DNA of 64,000 nucleotides. Origin: Narcine bancroftii (Eukaryota). Location of the stretch: positions 157,542,001 to 157,606,000 of the forward strand of contig NC_091469.1 of assembly GCF_036971445.1 (NCBI RefSeq), given 5' to 3'. The position numbers were made by a program, and so were the translations under genes. The notes under the pieces are model-generated. The model did not search any database, had not been told where the DNA came from, and worked only from the letters and a program-made list of their open reading frames with translations. How positions within the stretch are numbered: the first letter of the stretch is position 1; every line of letters starts with the position of its first letter. This document shows positions 12,845 through 25,443 of this stretch, in pieces.

Positions 12845-15484
12845 CAGGGGTTGGCAATCTCCAGCATTAAAAGAGCCATTCGGGCCTGTTTCCCAACAAA
12901 TTAAACCCATCTGGAGCCGCAAAACCAGTTTGATCCCTGAAATGAAGAAAATGCCGCAGATCTAGTTTCATTACACTTATGCTGTCCATATAAGGACTAT
13001 AATTTGTTACATTTATGAAATAAAGGGACTACAAACAGAAAATGACTGACATTTTATTTCTGTTTGTAACAGTGCAAAGCAACAAATTCTTTTGAACTCT
13101 TAAAAAAAAGACACTGGCACGTACAAGTTACAAATAAAACACACAACAAGGGCCTGTTTGACTCCACCCCTTATTTGTGGAATATTTTTAAAAATAAATA
13201 ATTGTTTTAATTAAAAAGAGCAAACAAAAAAATGCAAGTTTGTATTTTATTCTGAAGGTTGCCGTCATCCGTTGATTTCCTCAGTCTCAGAGGGGAAGTG
13301 AGACAGCATACCTCTCTGTACATCTCTAGCAAACACTCGCGTTCAAACGCCCAAACCTCCTCCAGCACCTGCAGGGCTGTGCCTCCTTTCCCCTGAAGAC
13401 TTTTGTTCAGCATGTTAAGGTGCGCTGTCATATCCACCATTGGCTTTTCCAGCCCATCTGGCTGTTTTAACTCCAGAAAGGTGAGCCCTTTGCTTTCCAG
13501 GAAAGTTTTTACAAGTTCCAGACACGTAGCAAACCATTTCAGCACCTCCCCTTTGGTCGGCCACCAGACTTTGTTGTGCAGCAGGAGATCAGAGTATGTG
13601 CTTTCACTTCTTCCAATAATCAATAACACTGTCAGTGGTTTAATCCTTTTAACATATAACATATAACATATAACAATTACAGCACGGAAACAGGCCATTA
13701 GGCCCTTCTAGTCCGCGCCGAACCAAACACCCCTTTCTAATCCCACCTCCCTGCACAATGCCCATAACCCTCCATCTTCCTCTCATCCATATACCTGTCC
13801 AACCTTTTCTTAAATAATACAATTGACTCCGCCGCCACTATTTCTCCCGGAAGATCATTCCACACGGCTACCACTCTCTGAGTAAAGAAGTTCCCCCTCA
13901 TGTTACCTCTAAACCTCTGCCCCTTAATTCTTAACTCATGTCCTCTTGTTTTAATCTTTCCTCCTCTTGACGGAAATAGTCTATCCACATCCACTCTGTC
14001 TATCCCTTTCATAATCTTAAATACTTCTATCAAATCCCCTCTCAACCTTCTACGCTCCAAAGAATAAAGACCTAATCTGCCCAATCTCTCCCTGTACTCT
14101 AGATGCTTAAACCCAGGTAACATTCTGGTAAACCTTCTCTGCACTCTCTCCACTCTGTTTATATCCTTCCTATAATTAGGCGACCAGAACTGCACACAGT
14201 TAGGCCGCACCAACGTCTTATACAATCTCAACATCACCTCCCAACTCCTATATTCCATGCAATGATTGATAAAGGCCAGCATACTAAAAGCCTTCTTCAC
14301 CACCCTATTCACGTGAGTTGCCATTATTATTATAAGATTCATCACTTCTGTGCGTTCTGGAGAAACCATTTGAGCGCACAATGCCTTTTGATGCAGAATG
14401 AAGTGAAACATCAGCAGTTGTTTCTCTCTCGTGACTTCTGAAGTAAAGTCCACAAACCCCTTCTGTGTTCCTGTCATACTCGGTGCCCCATCAGTAGCCA
14501 CTGACACTAAGTGGGTGGTGTTTATTTCTTTGGTCTTTAAACAATCTAACATAACCTCACAGCTGTCTTTCCCCCCCCCCCCCACCCCCGTGCTTGGCCT
14601 TTAAGTGATATCAACTCAATAATCCTGTGGCCCAGAAGAGTTCATATATCTGCATAATAGCGCTCTTTGTTGAATATCACATAGATCTTTTGATTCATCA
14701 CAGGTGATTGAGTACGCTGGAGCCGAATTAATGTCCCTAATTAGTTGACTGGTGATATTTCCTGCCATTTTGATGGTCCTGTCCTTGACAGTCTTTGCAG
14801 AGAGTGGCATTTCTCTGATTTTCTGAACAATTTCACTCTTGTTTTTGAAGTCCAAGAATAGATGTTCTGATATCTTGATAAACAATTCTTTTATATGTTC
14901 CCCATATGTGAACGGCTATCTCCCGAGCTGCCACAAAACGAGCAGAAGTACTTGAATTTGTAGATTTCATCCACTTCTTTGAAGTATGTTCAGCTTTTCA
15001 CAGCAATTCCAAAACTGCTCTTTTTCTTTCATCTCCAGGTGGGTATTTTTCAGTAAAAGCTGTGGGTTTATTCTGGAAATATCTTTCAACATTTGATTTT
15101 TTTGGTTCTTTGCTCATTTCTCGCCACATAGTAAGCCGACAGGCAAACTTCTTTGTCACATGTAAATGTTCTATTTTCATCAGAAATGTTTCTGTTTTTG
15201 GATCTATCCATGGTTAGTTTACCGGAGGTGGAAAGTTCAAAATGAGTCACTTGCCGGGTAGGGATAGGTGGTATCAACCACTACAGTGCTGCGATGCAAA
15301 TTTTGATCGACAAAATATTACGTCTTTTATTTTAATGTTACAAGATCACCTTAATCTCCAAAATAATAATTATTACATTGATAAAACTTAAAAAAAATTA
15401 AATAAAATAGCCATTTACTGTATTTACATTATCTTTTCAAAGCCACGGCAAAAGGATGAAAGAGCCACATGTGGCAGACCCCTG
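12845..15484 (-). mobile_element. hAT DNA transposon (Charlie/Buster clade, GTF2IRD2/EPM2AIP1-like transposase), degenerate
   Basis: TIRs CAGGGGTTGGCAA / GTGGCAGACCCCTG. 8-bp TSD GCCTAGAC / GCCTCGAC. Transposase motifs SITCDESKD, VATDGAPSMTG, HFILHQKAL, LLLHNKVWW. Confidence 0.92.
13651..14317 (-). mobile_element. Young CR1 3' fragment inserted in the hAT transposase
   Basis: Tail (AACATAT)n. Almost identical to 38750-39410. The transposase reads through (IMA|KGLNH) when it is removed. Confidence 0.92.
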
Positions 15485-18257
15485 GCCTCGACAGTCTAAA
15501 TTTGGAAGCTTACTTACTGAAGGGGGTAAGAGAGGATTTATATCTGAGGTGCATGCCTTATTACAGCATAAAATTCTTAAGCCGGATATTTATAAATCTA
15601 AGTTAAAATGGGAAAAAGATTTGTCTGTATCGATATCCCAGGATGTTTGGATGACTATATGTGAGGACAGTATGACTAAATTAGTGAATGTAAGGTATTG
15701 ATTGGTCCATTATAATTTTATTCATCAGTTATATTTAACTTCTGAGTATTTAAGGAAATATAAGTTTATTTCTTCTGATTTATGCTTTAGGTGCCATAAG
15801 CAAGTTGGCTCTTTTTTGCATTCTACTTGGTTATGTGAAACAGTGCAACGTTTTTTGGAATAAAATTAAGGAACTTTTAGAAGTTTTATTTAAATTTAAA
15901 ATTTTGCTTGATCCTATGGTATTTTTACTGGGTTATATGAAAAAACTGAGTTTGGAATTAAAATTATATAAGTTTCAAATCGCTTTTTTGAGATTGGCAT
16001 TAGCTGTGGCAAGAAAATGTTTGGCAATTACTTGGATAAAGGAAAGTGATTTAAGTATTCAACGGTGGCACTCAGAAATGAGGGCTTGTATCCCATTGGA
16101 AAAGATAACGTATAATCTCTGTAATAATTATTCATTTTTTGTTAAAGTTTGGAGCCCGTATGTAAGATATATGGGTTTGAATTTGTAATAGTTTTTGATT
16201 CCCACGGTTGCTCCAAACCATGGCAATAGTTGTTGATTGTTGCACAAGCTGATCTCCTATTCTTTCCTCTTTTCTTTTAGGGCAGCTTAGAAGGGAGTTG
16301 GGAGGGGTTGGGGAGGGGTTAGGGATGGGGGTGGGGGAATTATAGGGGATAAATATTAAGTATCTACTTGTATTTTGACTTTGATTTTATGATTTATTTT
16401 GATCGATAAATTAAAAATTTTTAAAAGACTGGAGGCCTGTGACTAATGGTGGGCCTCAGGGACCGGTGCTGGGACCATCGTTGTTTGTCATCTGTATCAA
16501 CGATTTGGATGATAATGTGGTGAATTGAATCAGCAGGTTTGCAGATGACACCAAGATTGGAGACGTTGTGGACAGTGAAGAAGGTTTTCAAAGCTTACAG
16601 AGGGATCTGGACCAGCTAGAAAAATGGACTGGAAAGTGGCAGATGGAGTTTAATGCAGACAAAGGTGAAAGACAAACCATTTTGGAAGGACAAAACAAGA
16701 AAAGACATACATGATGAATGGTGGGCCACTGAGGAATGCGGTAGAACAGAGAGCTGGGAATATAGGCACATAATTCTCTGAAAGTGGCGTCACAGGTGGT
16801 TGGGTTGTGAAAAGAACTTTTGACATATTGGCCTTCATTAATTAAAGTATTGAGTTTCATAGCTGGGATGTTATAGTAAAGTTGAATAAAACATTGGTGA
16901 GGCCAAATTTGAAGTATTGTGTGCAGTTTTGGTCACCTAACCAAAGGAAAGAGATCAATAAGACAGAAAGAGTGCAGAGAAGATTTACTGGGATGTTGCC
17001 CAGACTTTTGGAACTGAGTTACTGGGAAAGGTTAAACAGGTTAGGACTTTATTCCCTTGAATGTAAAAGAATGAGGGGAGATTTGAAAGAGGTATTTAAA
17101 ATGATGAGGGGGACAGACAGAGTAAATGTAGGTCGGCTTTTTCCACTGAGGGTGGGTGAGATACAAACCAGAGGACACGGGTTAAGATCGAAAGGGAAAA
17201 AGTTTAGGGGGAATGTGAAGGGGAACTTCTTCACACACAGAGAGTGGTGGGGGTGTGGAACAAGCTGCCAGCTGAGGTGGTGAATGTGGGCTCAATTTTA
17301 GCATTTAAGAAGAATTTGGACAGACACATGGGTGGGAGAAGTATGGAGGGCCATGGACTTTGTACAGGTCAGTGGGACTAGACAAAAACAAATGGTTCAG
17401 CACAGACTTGAAGGGCTGAAGGGAAGAGTTTCTGTGCTGCAGTTGTCTAGGTGTCTATAGTTCTATCAGCCATTGAAAGGTGGAACAGATTTGATGATCT
17501 GGTACAAGTATTTAAAATTGTGATTGGTGTAGACAGGCAGAGGTGGTCAAGAACTGAGTGAAGATGACTGGCAATAGGTAAGATATTTTTTACCATGCAC
17601 ATCAAGCCAGGGTTGAGAATGTATGTCGCAGGATGAGCAGTGGAGACACATTCAGCCTTCAAAAGGGAGCCAGGCAAGTATCTGAAAGCAAACTATTTGT
17701 GGGGCTGCAGGGTGCTGGATTGCACTTACTGGATTTGATGGGCCAAATGGCCTTATGTATCGAAACCATTCTGTGAGTTTATAATGTTGTTAAAGCTTAA
17801 TGAACAGAAAATGTGGGTGAGCTTGAGGTTATGCAGTGGTCCTCAATCTTTTTTCCCCACTTGCATACCAGAGTGCTAGAGGTGCTTTGTAGTTAGTACG
17901 GGTTTATGTATGGTGGTGTGTGAGTGGAAAAGATTGAGAACCACTGGTCTAGAGGTAGCAGAGGGACTAGCAAAGGTTTCAAAGCAATGGTGGAGAGATA
18001 TGCTCAGAAGCATTCAGGAAGCAGGAGAATGGGGTTGAAGAGGAATGCTGGGGTAGACTTGATGGGCTGAATGGCCCAATTCCACTCCTATGTCATGGTT
18101 TTATCATCTTCTGAAAACAAGCTCTCCAGCCACTGATCATCAGCCACCCATTGGTACCAATCTGAGTAATCCAAATTTTTCTACTGTCTCCACATTTTAT
18201 CACCCTACCCAGGTTCTACCACTCACCCGCATAAGTAAAGCAAATGATGGTGGCCAA

Positions 18258-18505
18258 TGGGGTGGCACGGTTAATGTAGCAGTTAGTACAACGCTTTAAC
18301 CACGCCAGCGACCCAGGTTCGAATCTGACGCTGTGTGTAAGAAGTTTGTACATTCTCCCGATGTCTGCGCGGGTTTCCTCCGGGTGTTCCAGTTTCCTCT
18401 CGCCCTCCGAAAATGAATGGTGGTGGTGGGAGGGCTGGAGATATTTGGGTGGGATAAGGTCGTAAGCCAAAGGGTCTGTTAATATGCTGCATGTCTAAAT
18501 GTTTT
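18258..18505 (+). mobile_element. tRNA-derived SINE
   Basis: ggtggcacggtt...gttagtaca head, B-box GGTTCGAATC, family core and tail. Confidence 0.75.
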
Positions 18506-18580
18506 AAAGGTGCTGGCGCTGAATGCAATATGAACACTAATGGAAAAAAAAGCAACATAAAATCCATGCAGGACTGAGTA

Positions 18581-19302
18581 CAGACAGTCCCGAGTTATGA
18601 ACGAGATCCATTCCTATGTGTCTTTAAGTCAAATTTGTAGATAAGTCACAGCAGGTACATACAGTTTTTATTTAGCATCAGTTAGTCAAATGTTTGTCTT
18701 AGTACTGTAAAAAAAAATTTAAAAAACAGTTCTTAAAACAGTTTAGATCAGTCGTTCTCAACCTTTTTCTTTCCATTCACATCCCACTTTAAGTAATCCC
18801 TCTGCCATCATTGTTCTGTGATTAGTAAGGGATTGCTTAAGGAGGTCTGTGAGTCAGAAGAAAAAGTTTGAAAACCACTGTTTTAATCGTCCCTCATTGA
18901 CTCGTCATGTGCACCGTTTCATAACTCCAAAGGAAATGGGCCAATGACCATTTTTCTCAGCAGAATATTTCAGTAACAATTGGGTCTCGAGCAGTGATTC
19001 TCAACCTTCCCTTCCCACCCACATGCCACCTTAAGCAATCCCTTACTGATCACAGAGCACCGATGGCAGAGGGATGACTTAAAGTGGGATGTGAGTGGAA
19101 AGAAAAAGGTTAAGAACCACTGGTTTAGATTAAAAAAAGATCATGATTAAAAGTTATCGTGTACTCTTGTTCCATCGATGTCTTGCATACCGGAAGGGGC
19201 ATTCATGAGGGAACATTATGCGCAGGCACGAATTGGGGGCACAACTTGTTCGTAAGTACGAGCTGTCCGTAAGTTGGACGTTTGTAACCCAGGCGCTCCC
19301 TA
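18581..19302. mobile_element. Tc1/mariner (Tigger-like) non-autonomous element hosting a hAT MITE
   Basis: TA|CAGACAGTCCCGAGTTATGAAC at the left end; degenerate complement (GTTTGTAACCCAGGCGCTCCCTA|TA) at the right end. Confidence 0.6.
18749..19122. mobile_element. hAT MITE
   Basis: TIR CAGT(C/G)GTTCT(C/T)AACC, perfect 8-bp TSD GTTTAGAT, long internal inverted repeats. Confidence 0.9.
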
Positions 19303-19844
19303 TACATCCAGGATCAAGAGTTATGCTGGAACACAAAAGCTGAAGATGCTGGAGTGTTGAGCAAACAATGAGGTGCTAGAGGAACTCAGCAGGTCAGACA
19401 GCACCCATGGGTAGAAATGGTCAGTGAACCATCTCGGGCCTGAACCTTTTATTGAGGAGGAGGTAGAATCGGTAAAATTACATATATGTGGGGGAGAGAA
19501 GCTGGGGAAGGGCCCCAGAGGTGTGGGTGGAGAGAGACAGGCAGAGGGAGAAACCTTTGAGAAGAGAAATGAAGGAAATGTTAGAGAGCGTGAGAGAGCG
19601 AGAAAGAAAAAAGTAAGTTCAGGAGTAGGTGAAGAAGAAATGGAAAGAGTGGAATTCGATAGGGAGGGGGTTTCTAAAATTAGAAAAATCAACGTTGATA
19701 TGTTGTGCCTCAAGATGACGTTTGGCCTCACCCCGACAATGGATGAGACTGAGGACAGACACGTCACAGAATGCAGAGTTCCTCCAGCAATTCTCTGTTC
19801 AAGTACGGCATTTTCTGCTATTACTAATAGAGATGTTTCCTTAC

Positions 19845-20207
19845 CCACAACCTGCAGATCCGTCTCATCCTGAGTCACTGTTTTCCACTCGGGATCCTGG
19901 ACCCAGACATGACAGAAGTAGCGGCTGGTGTCATTCAGACTAAGGTCCGTCACCCTGATGGAGGCATTTCCCTGCTCTGGGTTTCCCACCAGCTCGTATT
20001 GACCTCCTTTATTTACAGTGGCAGTGCAGGGAGGGGACGCAGAGCGGGAACAGGTGTGATTAAAGGCAGTGAACTCTTCCCGTGGATTCCCCTTCATCCA
20101 GACGATAATGATGGAGCTGACATTCCTGCCCGGAAAGTTGAAGGAGCAGAGCAGTATAGCCGAACCTCCCCTTTTCCCAATCACCGGTGATGCTCTGTCC
20201 TTATCAC
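19845..20207 (-). CDS. Exon: Ig V-set domain 2 of a Siglec-15-like IgSF gene
   Basis: Acceptor ...ttcaattaag|GT and donor GTGG|gtaagg. 363 nt, phase 1-1, no stops. Encodes GGSAILLCSF, IIIVW, LVGNPEQGNASIRVTDLSLNDTSRYFCHV, with an extra C-x7-C pair as in the Siglec-15 V domain. Confidence 0.88.
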
Positions 20208-20559
20208 CTTAATTGAAAGGAGTTTAAAGCATGAACATTATTCAGTTGCTCTCTGTTTTTGCCATAACACAAAGACTATTAGTGGTGAAAATACTTACAT
20301 TATTATTCTTGGATATAGGCAATTATTATTATATTTATATATTAGACTAGTCATGACACTACTCCAGGACCAAAAACTGCTACCTCGTTCCCTGGCGAAG
20401 AGTTCAGGCCCGAATCGTTAGTTATATATCTTTGCCTCCCATGGATGTTGCGGGACCTGCTGAGTTTCTCCAGCAATTTTGTGTATTTATCGTTGTTAAC
20501 TTCATTTTTTTCGCACTATCTATATCTGTGAATACTTGTCTATCTTTTTATACTTATCA

Positions 20560-21015
20560 CCTTTTGCTTGAAGCCTACGTCATTAAGAATCAGCGAAGAT
20601 GGAGCAGTCACGTCGCTCAAATGGAAGACAAACATCTGCCAAAAGGAATCGACTCCCACCTTAAAGAAGGCAGGCGTAAAAGAGGTGGGCCATAGAAGAG
20701 ATTCAAAGACGTCTTAAAATGCAGCATGAAGAAATGTAACATCGACCTCAATCGTTGGGAAACCAATGCCAGGAAACTCTGGCAAACCATCAATCGAGAA
20801 GGAACAGCAGCTTTCGATGCCAACAGATGTGCAGAACCAGAAGAGAAGGGAAGCAAATGGTGGAAAGGGAGGCAGCAACAACCAAAGCCCGATCTGCCAT
20901 CTGGAACAACCTGTCCTGACTGCAGAAGATCTTTCAAAGCCAAGAATGGGCTCATAAGCCACTTGAGAGTCCATAATTGGAATGAAATCCATCATCCTCG
21001 ACCTCGAGGGATAGC
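20560..21015 (+). mobile_element. RTE-clade LINE 3' fragment
   Basis: RWSSHVAQMED..LPK, GRRKRGGP and terminal zinc finger CPDCRRSFKAKNGLISHLRVH. Confidence 0.85.
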
Positions 21016-22059
21016 CACGACGATAATGTGGTCATTTAATTTATTGTTTGTCCGTATATATTTAAATACCAGCACGGCTGCAGCAAGTAGCGAGAATTTC
21101 GGTTCAGCTCTACATTTTGCACATGTATATGACAATATACTCCCATTATCCTCATGGGTTACTCCTTGAAACTGACAGTTGTGGTGGGATTCGGCACATC
21201 TGGAGTCCATCTCCTAAAGTCATCAGTGGCGATCGAGTGTGTAGACACCGTAAAGGTTAAAACCTTGTGTTTTTGTTTTGCAGTTAATTCCTTTCAGTGT
21301 TTGTAGTGTTACCAGAGTTACTATGATGTCATATGAAGTAATATCCGAGCGGACGGAGGGTTTTTATCTCATTCTTCGAAGAACCATGAAAGATACGTGT
21401 GCTCGAGATATTTTTCTTTGAATAAGAATATAGACAGCACTTTCCAAGTTCTAATATTTCCCAATTTCATCCTCACAGCAACATAAGAAATGATATTCCA
21501 AATGACTATCTTAATTTATCTTATTTCATGTTCATCATCTTATTTTGTTTATATTTATTTCGGTTTAAAGTAGAATATTGTTATCATTATACGGTATGCT
21601 TTGCTCGTCATTGTGTAAGTCTCAATGCGAAGTTATGCAAAATGTTATATCAAAGAATTAAAGCTATTTACAGCTGCATCTATGAAGTGTGATTTATTGG
21701 ATTAATAAAATAGTAATTCGGAATATTGTTGCTTATATTTCTGAGACGATGTTTTGAAATTGGGAAATATTACAACTTGGAAAGCGTCGTCTATATTCTT
21801 AGCTGGGGGACCGCACAATGCAATCAGTGGATGTGACTGCAAAAAAACTGACATACTGGCTTCACTGTAAATTACCCTGAGGTTGAGACTTTGTAATCAG
21901 TTCCCTGTGCCAGCAAACTACACAGGACAATTTTTTTTTTCAAAGGGTTTGCTTCCTGAAAGAAAATTGGGGATTATGATAAACAGCTTCAAGCTGAACA
22001 CAAAGGTTCTTTCAGACTTGCTGTATCATGTAGGAAGTTGGAGAAACATTAAATTACCT

Positions 22060-22911
22060 TTTATTGAATTTACCAGGTTTAATCGCATTAATGACGCTGA
22101 CACGTTGTGTTAGTTCGACTGACCTAAAAATGCTTTTCTGCTGATTTTCCTTTTGTACTCGGCATCGGATGCCTCTCATGTCAGTGTCTAACAATAATCG
22201 GCCGGCGTTGATGGATTCCCAATTGCCCTGATACCACATTTCCATGGTCGCAATGCCCTGATGAAACCTCTCACTGTGTTCATCGCTGACTGCACCAAGA
22301 TCAGCAGGGAAGAAGTCCAAGTACGAATGCAGAAAATGAATTTTCAATGACATGTTGAACTTTATGGTTTCGTATGCTTGAAGTACGACCATTTGGGCAT
22401 ATGACATATGACCGAAATTTTTAAAAATAAATTTATGCTGTTTATACAGGGCGAGCAAGAGCCAAAATGTTCATACTTACCCTGTTAGTCGGCGTCCCGG
22501 GGTCCGTAGGCTGCGCATGGCCATCTTGATTCCCATGCACATGCACAAGTCTTCGGTTCAGGGTTAAGGGCGCAAATTCAATATCTCGCGCATGCGCCAA
22601 CCGAAACTCCAATACGTGAACCCTCCTCCCATGCGCCAATCAAAGTCTTGCGCATGCGCCACCCAGCTTACGGACCTCGGTACGCCAACTAATGAGGAAA
22701 GTACTCAATTCTGGCATGCGCCCATTCCAAGATACAACTGGGAACGTAGCACGAACCTGACTTAAAATATCATAGAAAATCACAAAAATAGGCTTTATCT
22801 AAAAATCGGTACACGATAGGAACATCTTAAGATGACTTCCGTGATCAACAGCCCAAAATCCATGAAATGCACCCAAACGTGTTCAGGAAGTAAAATCTTC
22901 ATTGTCCAGTG
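22060..22911 (-). mobile_element. Internally deleted DNA transposon, probably CMC/Chapaev3-like
   Basis: Transposase C-terminus MSLKIHFLHSYLDFFPADLGAVSDEHSERFHQ (ORF 22054-22458). Terminus CACTGGACAA on the minus strand at 22911, next to TTA. Family assignment is from recalled motifs. Confidence 0.65.
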
Positions 22912-23568
22912 TTATCAGAGCTTCCGGGAGTCATTTTAAATTGATGGGACTGTAATTAATTTCCATAAATTTATTCAAAGCAGAAGGGAAATTAAAATAT
23001 AAAGTATCAGGTCTGTAACTTAGGAGCAAATTTCGGCCATTTGGCCCATCGGGCTTGTTCTGCCAATTCCAAATCCAATAAGCCAAGTTTCTTGGCTTCC
23101 TGAATGAGCCTGCCATGGGGCACCCTGTCAAGCACCTTACGAAAATCCACATCTTCATCCATTTCTTTTTTCACCTCAAAAAAAACTCGAATGGGCTCAT
23201 GGGGCATGGCCTGTCCCCTCACAAAATCATGCTGACTATCCCTGAGAAGACGTTGATTCCCCACATGCTCATAAATCGTGTCCCGAAGAATCCTCTCCAA
23301 CACTCAATTGCCACTGCAGCATGCACTTATAACACAGCCCAAGATGCAATGCTACAAACAAGACATGGCACTGAGTTGTTATAGAAGGAGAAGACTAAAA
23401 GGCAGGCGGCTTGGTCAGCATAAGCATTTCCAATGATAGGGATTTGGGTGGGGTTCAAATCCATGGGAGCACAATGGGGGTGTGCACCTAATTGTGGAGT
23501 TTCAATGAGTGGACCCCTAAAATATTCCTTCGTATCCAACAGTCCACAAACTATTTTTTTTTTCTCAC

Positions 23569-23955
23569 CTGCTACCAGGAGAAGAGTTTCAGCGAAGCTT
23601 TGGGATGTTTGATTGCTGCACTCCTGAAGATCCACGAGGCAAACATACCGCGCGAGATCATCGTACGCTCTCAGCTGCCTGATGAGGATGGAAGCGTCCA
23701 TCTTCCGGGGGTTCCCCAGGGGTTGGTAGTGCCCCCCTTCACTCCTGTGCACCAGGTTGGTGAAGCCGCCACTCGACGGATAGTTTGTGTAGACGAGGAG
23801 CTGTTTGCCTGTCCGCTCGTCCCTCCAGCTGACGCTGATGTTGCCGGGATATTCCAGGGCAGGGTGAGTGAACTTGCAGAAGAGAACAGCCGACTTCCCT
23901 TCTCTCCCCACCACCTTGTTCGGGGTCTCCACTGTCCAGCTGTTACAAAGGAGCC
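23569..23955 (-). CDS. Exon: Ig V-set domain 1 of a Siglec-15-like IgSF gene
   Basis: Acceptor ...gttttcaccaaag|GG and donor GCAG|gtgaga. 387 nt, phase 1-1, open. Encodes WTVETPNKVVGREGKSAVLFCKFTHP, LGNPRKMDASI and RYVCLV, resembling Siglec-15 AVLPCTFTHP / LLGNPRRNDLS / YFCRV. Confidence 0.9.
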
Positions 23956-24129
23956 CTTTGGTGAAAACAGAATCAAAGAATGAGCAACAACACTCAATCT
24001 TAAGGGATTTTCCCTTTGTAGAGATGAAGGATGAAAGGTTACTTAATAGAGGTATACAAGATTATAAAGTGCTTAGGACAGTCAGCACCTTTTTCCTGAG
24101 CCGACAGTAGCAAATACTAGAGGACATCT

Positions 24130-24730
24130 GTTCCCAACCTTTTTCTATCCACTCACATGCCACTTTAAGTAATCTCTATGTCATCGGTGGTCTGTGATTA
24201 TGTGATGGTACAGCCACCAGACTGCCCGTTCCTGTCTGCATCCCTACCCGCCTACTGCAGGGAGCAACCCACTGTACCTGCAGAGAGGTAACCTGGGAGG
24301 CCGGCCCCTCACGCCAGCCCTTGTGGAGCACAGGGAGCCAGAAGGGGGACTGAACCTTGTGTACACATTTTAAGCTAATTAAAGCCTGGAGTGCAGTCTT
24401 TTGAAGTTCGTGCTTGTTTTGTCTGCATTGCAACTCACCACAGATTAGTAAGGGATTGTTTAAGATGATGTGTAAGTGGGAAGGGAAGGTGAGAACCACT
24501 GCTCTAGACCCAATTATTCCTGAAATAGTTTGCTTGAGAAAAATTCTCATTGGCCCATTTCCTTTGGAGTTACGAAACCCTGCACATAACGAGTCAATGA
24601 GGGACGATTAAAACAGTGGTTTTCAAACCTTTTCTTTCCACCCACATTCCAATCCCTTACTAATCACAGAGAACCTACGGCAGAGGGATTACTTAAAGTG
24701 GTATGTGAGTGGAAAGAAAAAGGTTGAGAA
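24130..24730. mobile_element. hAT MITE (same family as 18749-19122) interrupted by a solo LTR
   Basis: Shared internal sequence and caaccttttt...aaaaaggttgagaa ends. Confidence 0.8.
24201..24442 (+). mobile_element. Short solo LTR (242 bp)
   Basis: TGTGATG...CACCACA termini and 5-bp TSD GATTA. The MITE sequence resumes exactly after it. Confidence 0.85.
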
Positions 24731-25163
24731 TTAAGGTGAGTGGAGAAAAGGTTAGTGGAAATGACAGAGGTAAATAGAACAATACAGCACATATAGGCCT
24801 CGATGTTGTGCCAACCCATATATCCCTTCCTAAAAAAAAGTACTAAACCCTCCCTACCCTGTAACTATTTTTCTTTGATCGTGTCCCTGTCTAAGACTTT
24901 CTTAAATGCCCCTAATGTTTCAGCTTCCACCACCATCCCTGGCAAGGCCATTCCAGGTACCCACAATTCTCTGTGTAAAAAAGACTTACCCCCGACATCT
25001 CCCCTAAACTTTCCTCCCTCCACTTTGTACAGATGTCCTCTAGTGTTTGCTGATCCTGCCCTGGGAAACAGGTGCTGGCTGTCCACCTCTCAGAATCTTG
25101 TAGACCTCTATAAAGACTCCTCTCGTCCTTCTTCGCTCCAAAGTGAAAACTCCCAGCTCTGAT

Positions 25164-25443
25164 TGTGGTGCACTGTCGGTCAGAAGCAAACACACAAAAC
25201 CAAAAGACTGTACTCCACAGAGTCAGTTGTGAGACTGTGCTGCTGTCAGCTGTGAGCTCTGAGAGTGTGACCTCGAAGGGCCAGCGCAGGCTTATATCTC
25301 GGAGGGTGATTGACACTCGACCGGGTGGGGCTTGGTCCATACAGGTCTGCTGATTGACAGCTGGGCAGGTGTTGTCTTGTCCCCATGCTCTTCTGCAGGT
25401 ACAGAGGTTGCCCCCTGCAGTCGGCCACTGGTGGACCACCACA
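25164..25443 (-). mobile_element. Short solo LTR (280 bp) inside a CR1 fragment (~24775-25560)
   Basis: TGTGGTG...CACCACA termini, degenerate 5-bp TSD CTGAT / GTGCT, and core ctgcagggggcaacctctgtacctgcag shared with the 24201 and 29423 copies. Confidence 0.8.

Larger units (their letters stand above)
10539..16425 (+). mobile_element. 5'-truncated L1-clade LINE (ORF2 remnants)
   Basis: WDALKAYLRG, KSPGED, LDAEKAFDRVEW, TRQGCPLSP and FADD motifs, plus a C-terminal Cys-rich region (15780-16188). G-rich 3' UTR and A-rich tail. 15-bp TSD AGACTGGAG(C/G)CCTGT at 10524-10538 / 16426-16440. Confidence 0.92.
9190..17450 (+). mobile_element. Degenerate CR1 LINE split by an L1 insertion (pieces ~9190-10538 and 16426-~17450)
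   Basis: ORFs 9341-9853, 10206-10454 and 16882-17283. The 'FSDWRPVT' coding segment is continuous across the L1 insertion site. Confidence 0.88.

Noticed and set aside
13737-14585. 282-aa chimeric ORF joining hAT transposase to CR1 RT C-terminus
   Set aside because: A chance in-frame junction of a nested insertion; both parts are fragments and the transposase is broken on either side.
19321-19844. Hydrophobic extension of the V2 ORF as a TM domain
   Set aside because: Lies past a strong splice donor and runs into Penelope-derived pyrimidine-rich sequence.
20290-20360. Possible separate leader exon for V2 (gtaagt donor near 20298)
   Set aside because: No open signal-peptide frame in the phase needed for the V2 acceptor.
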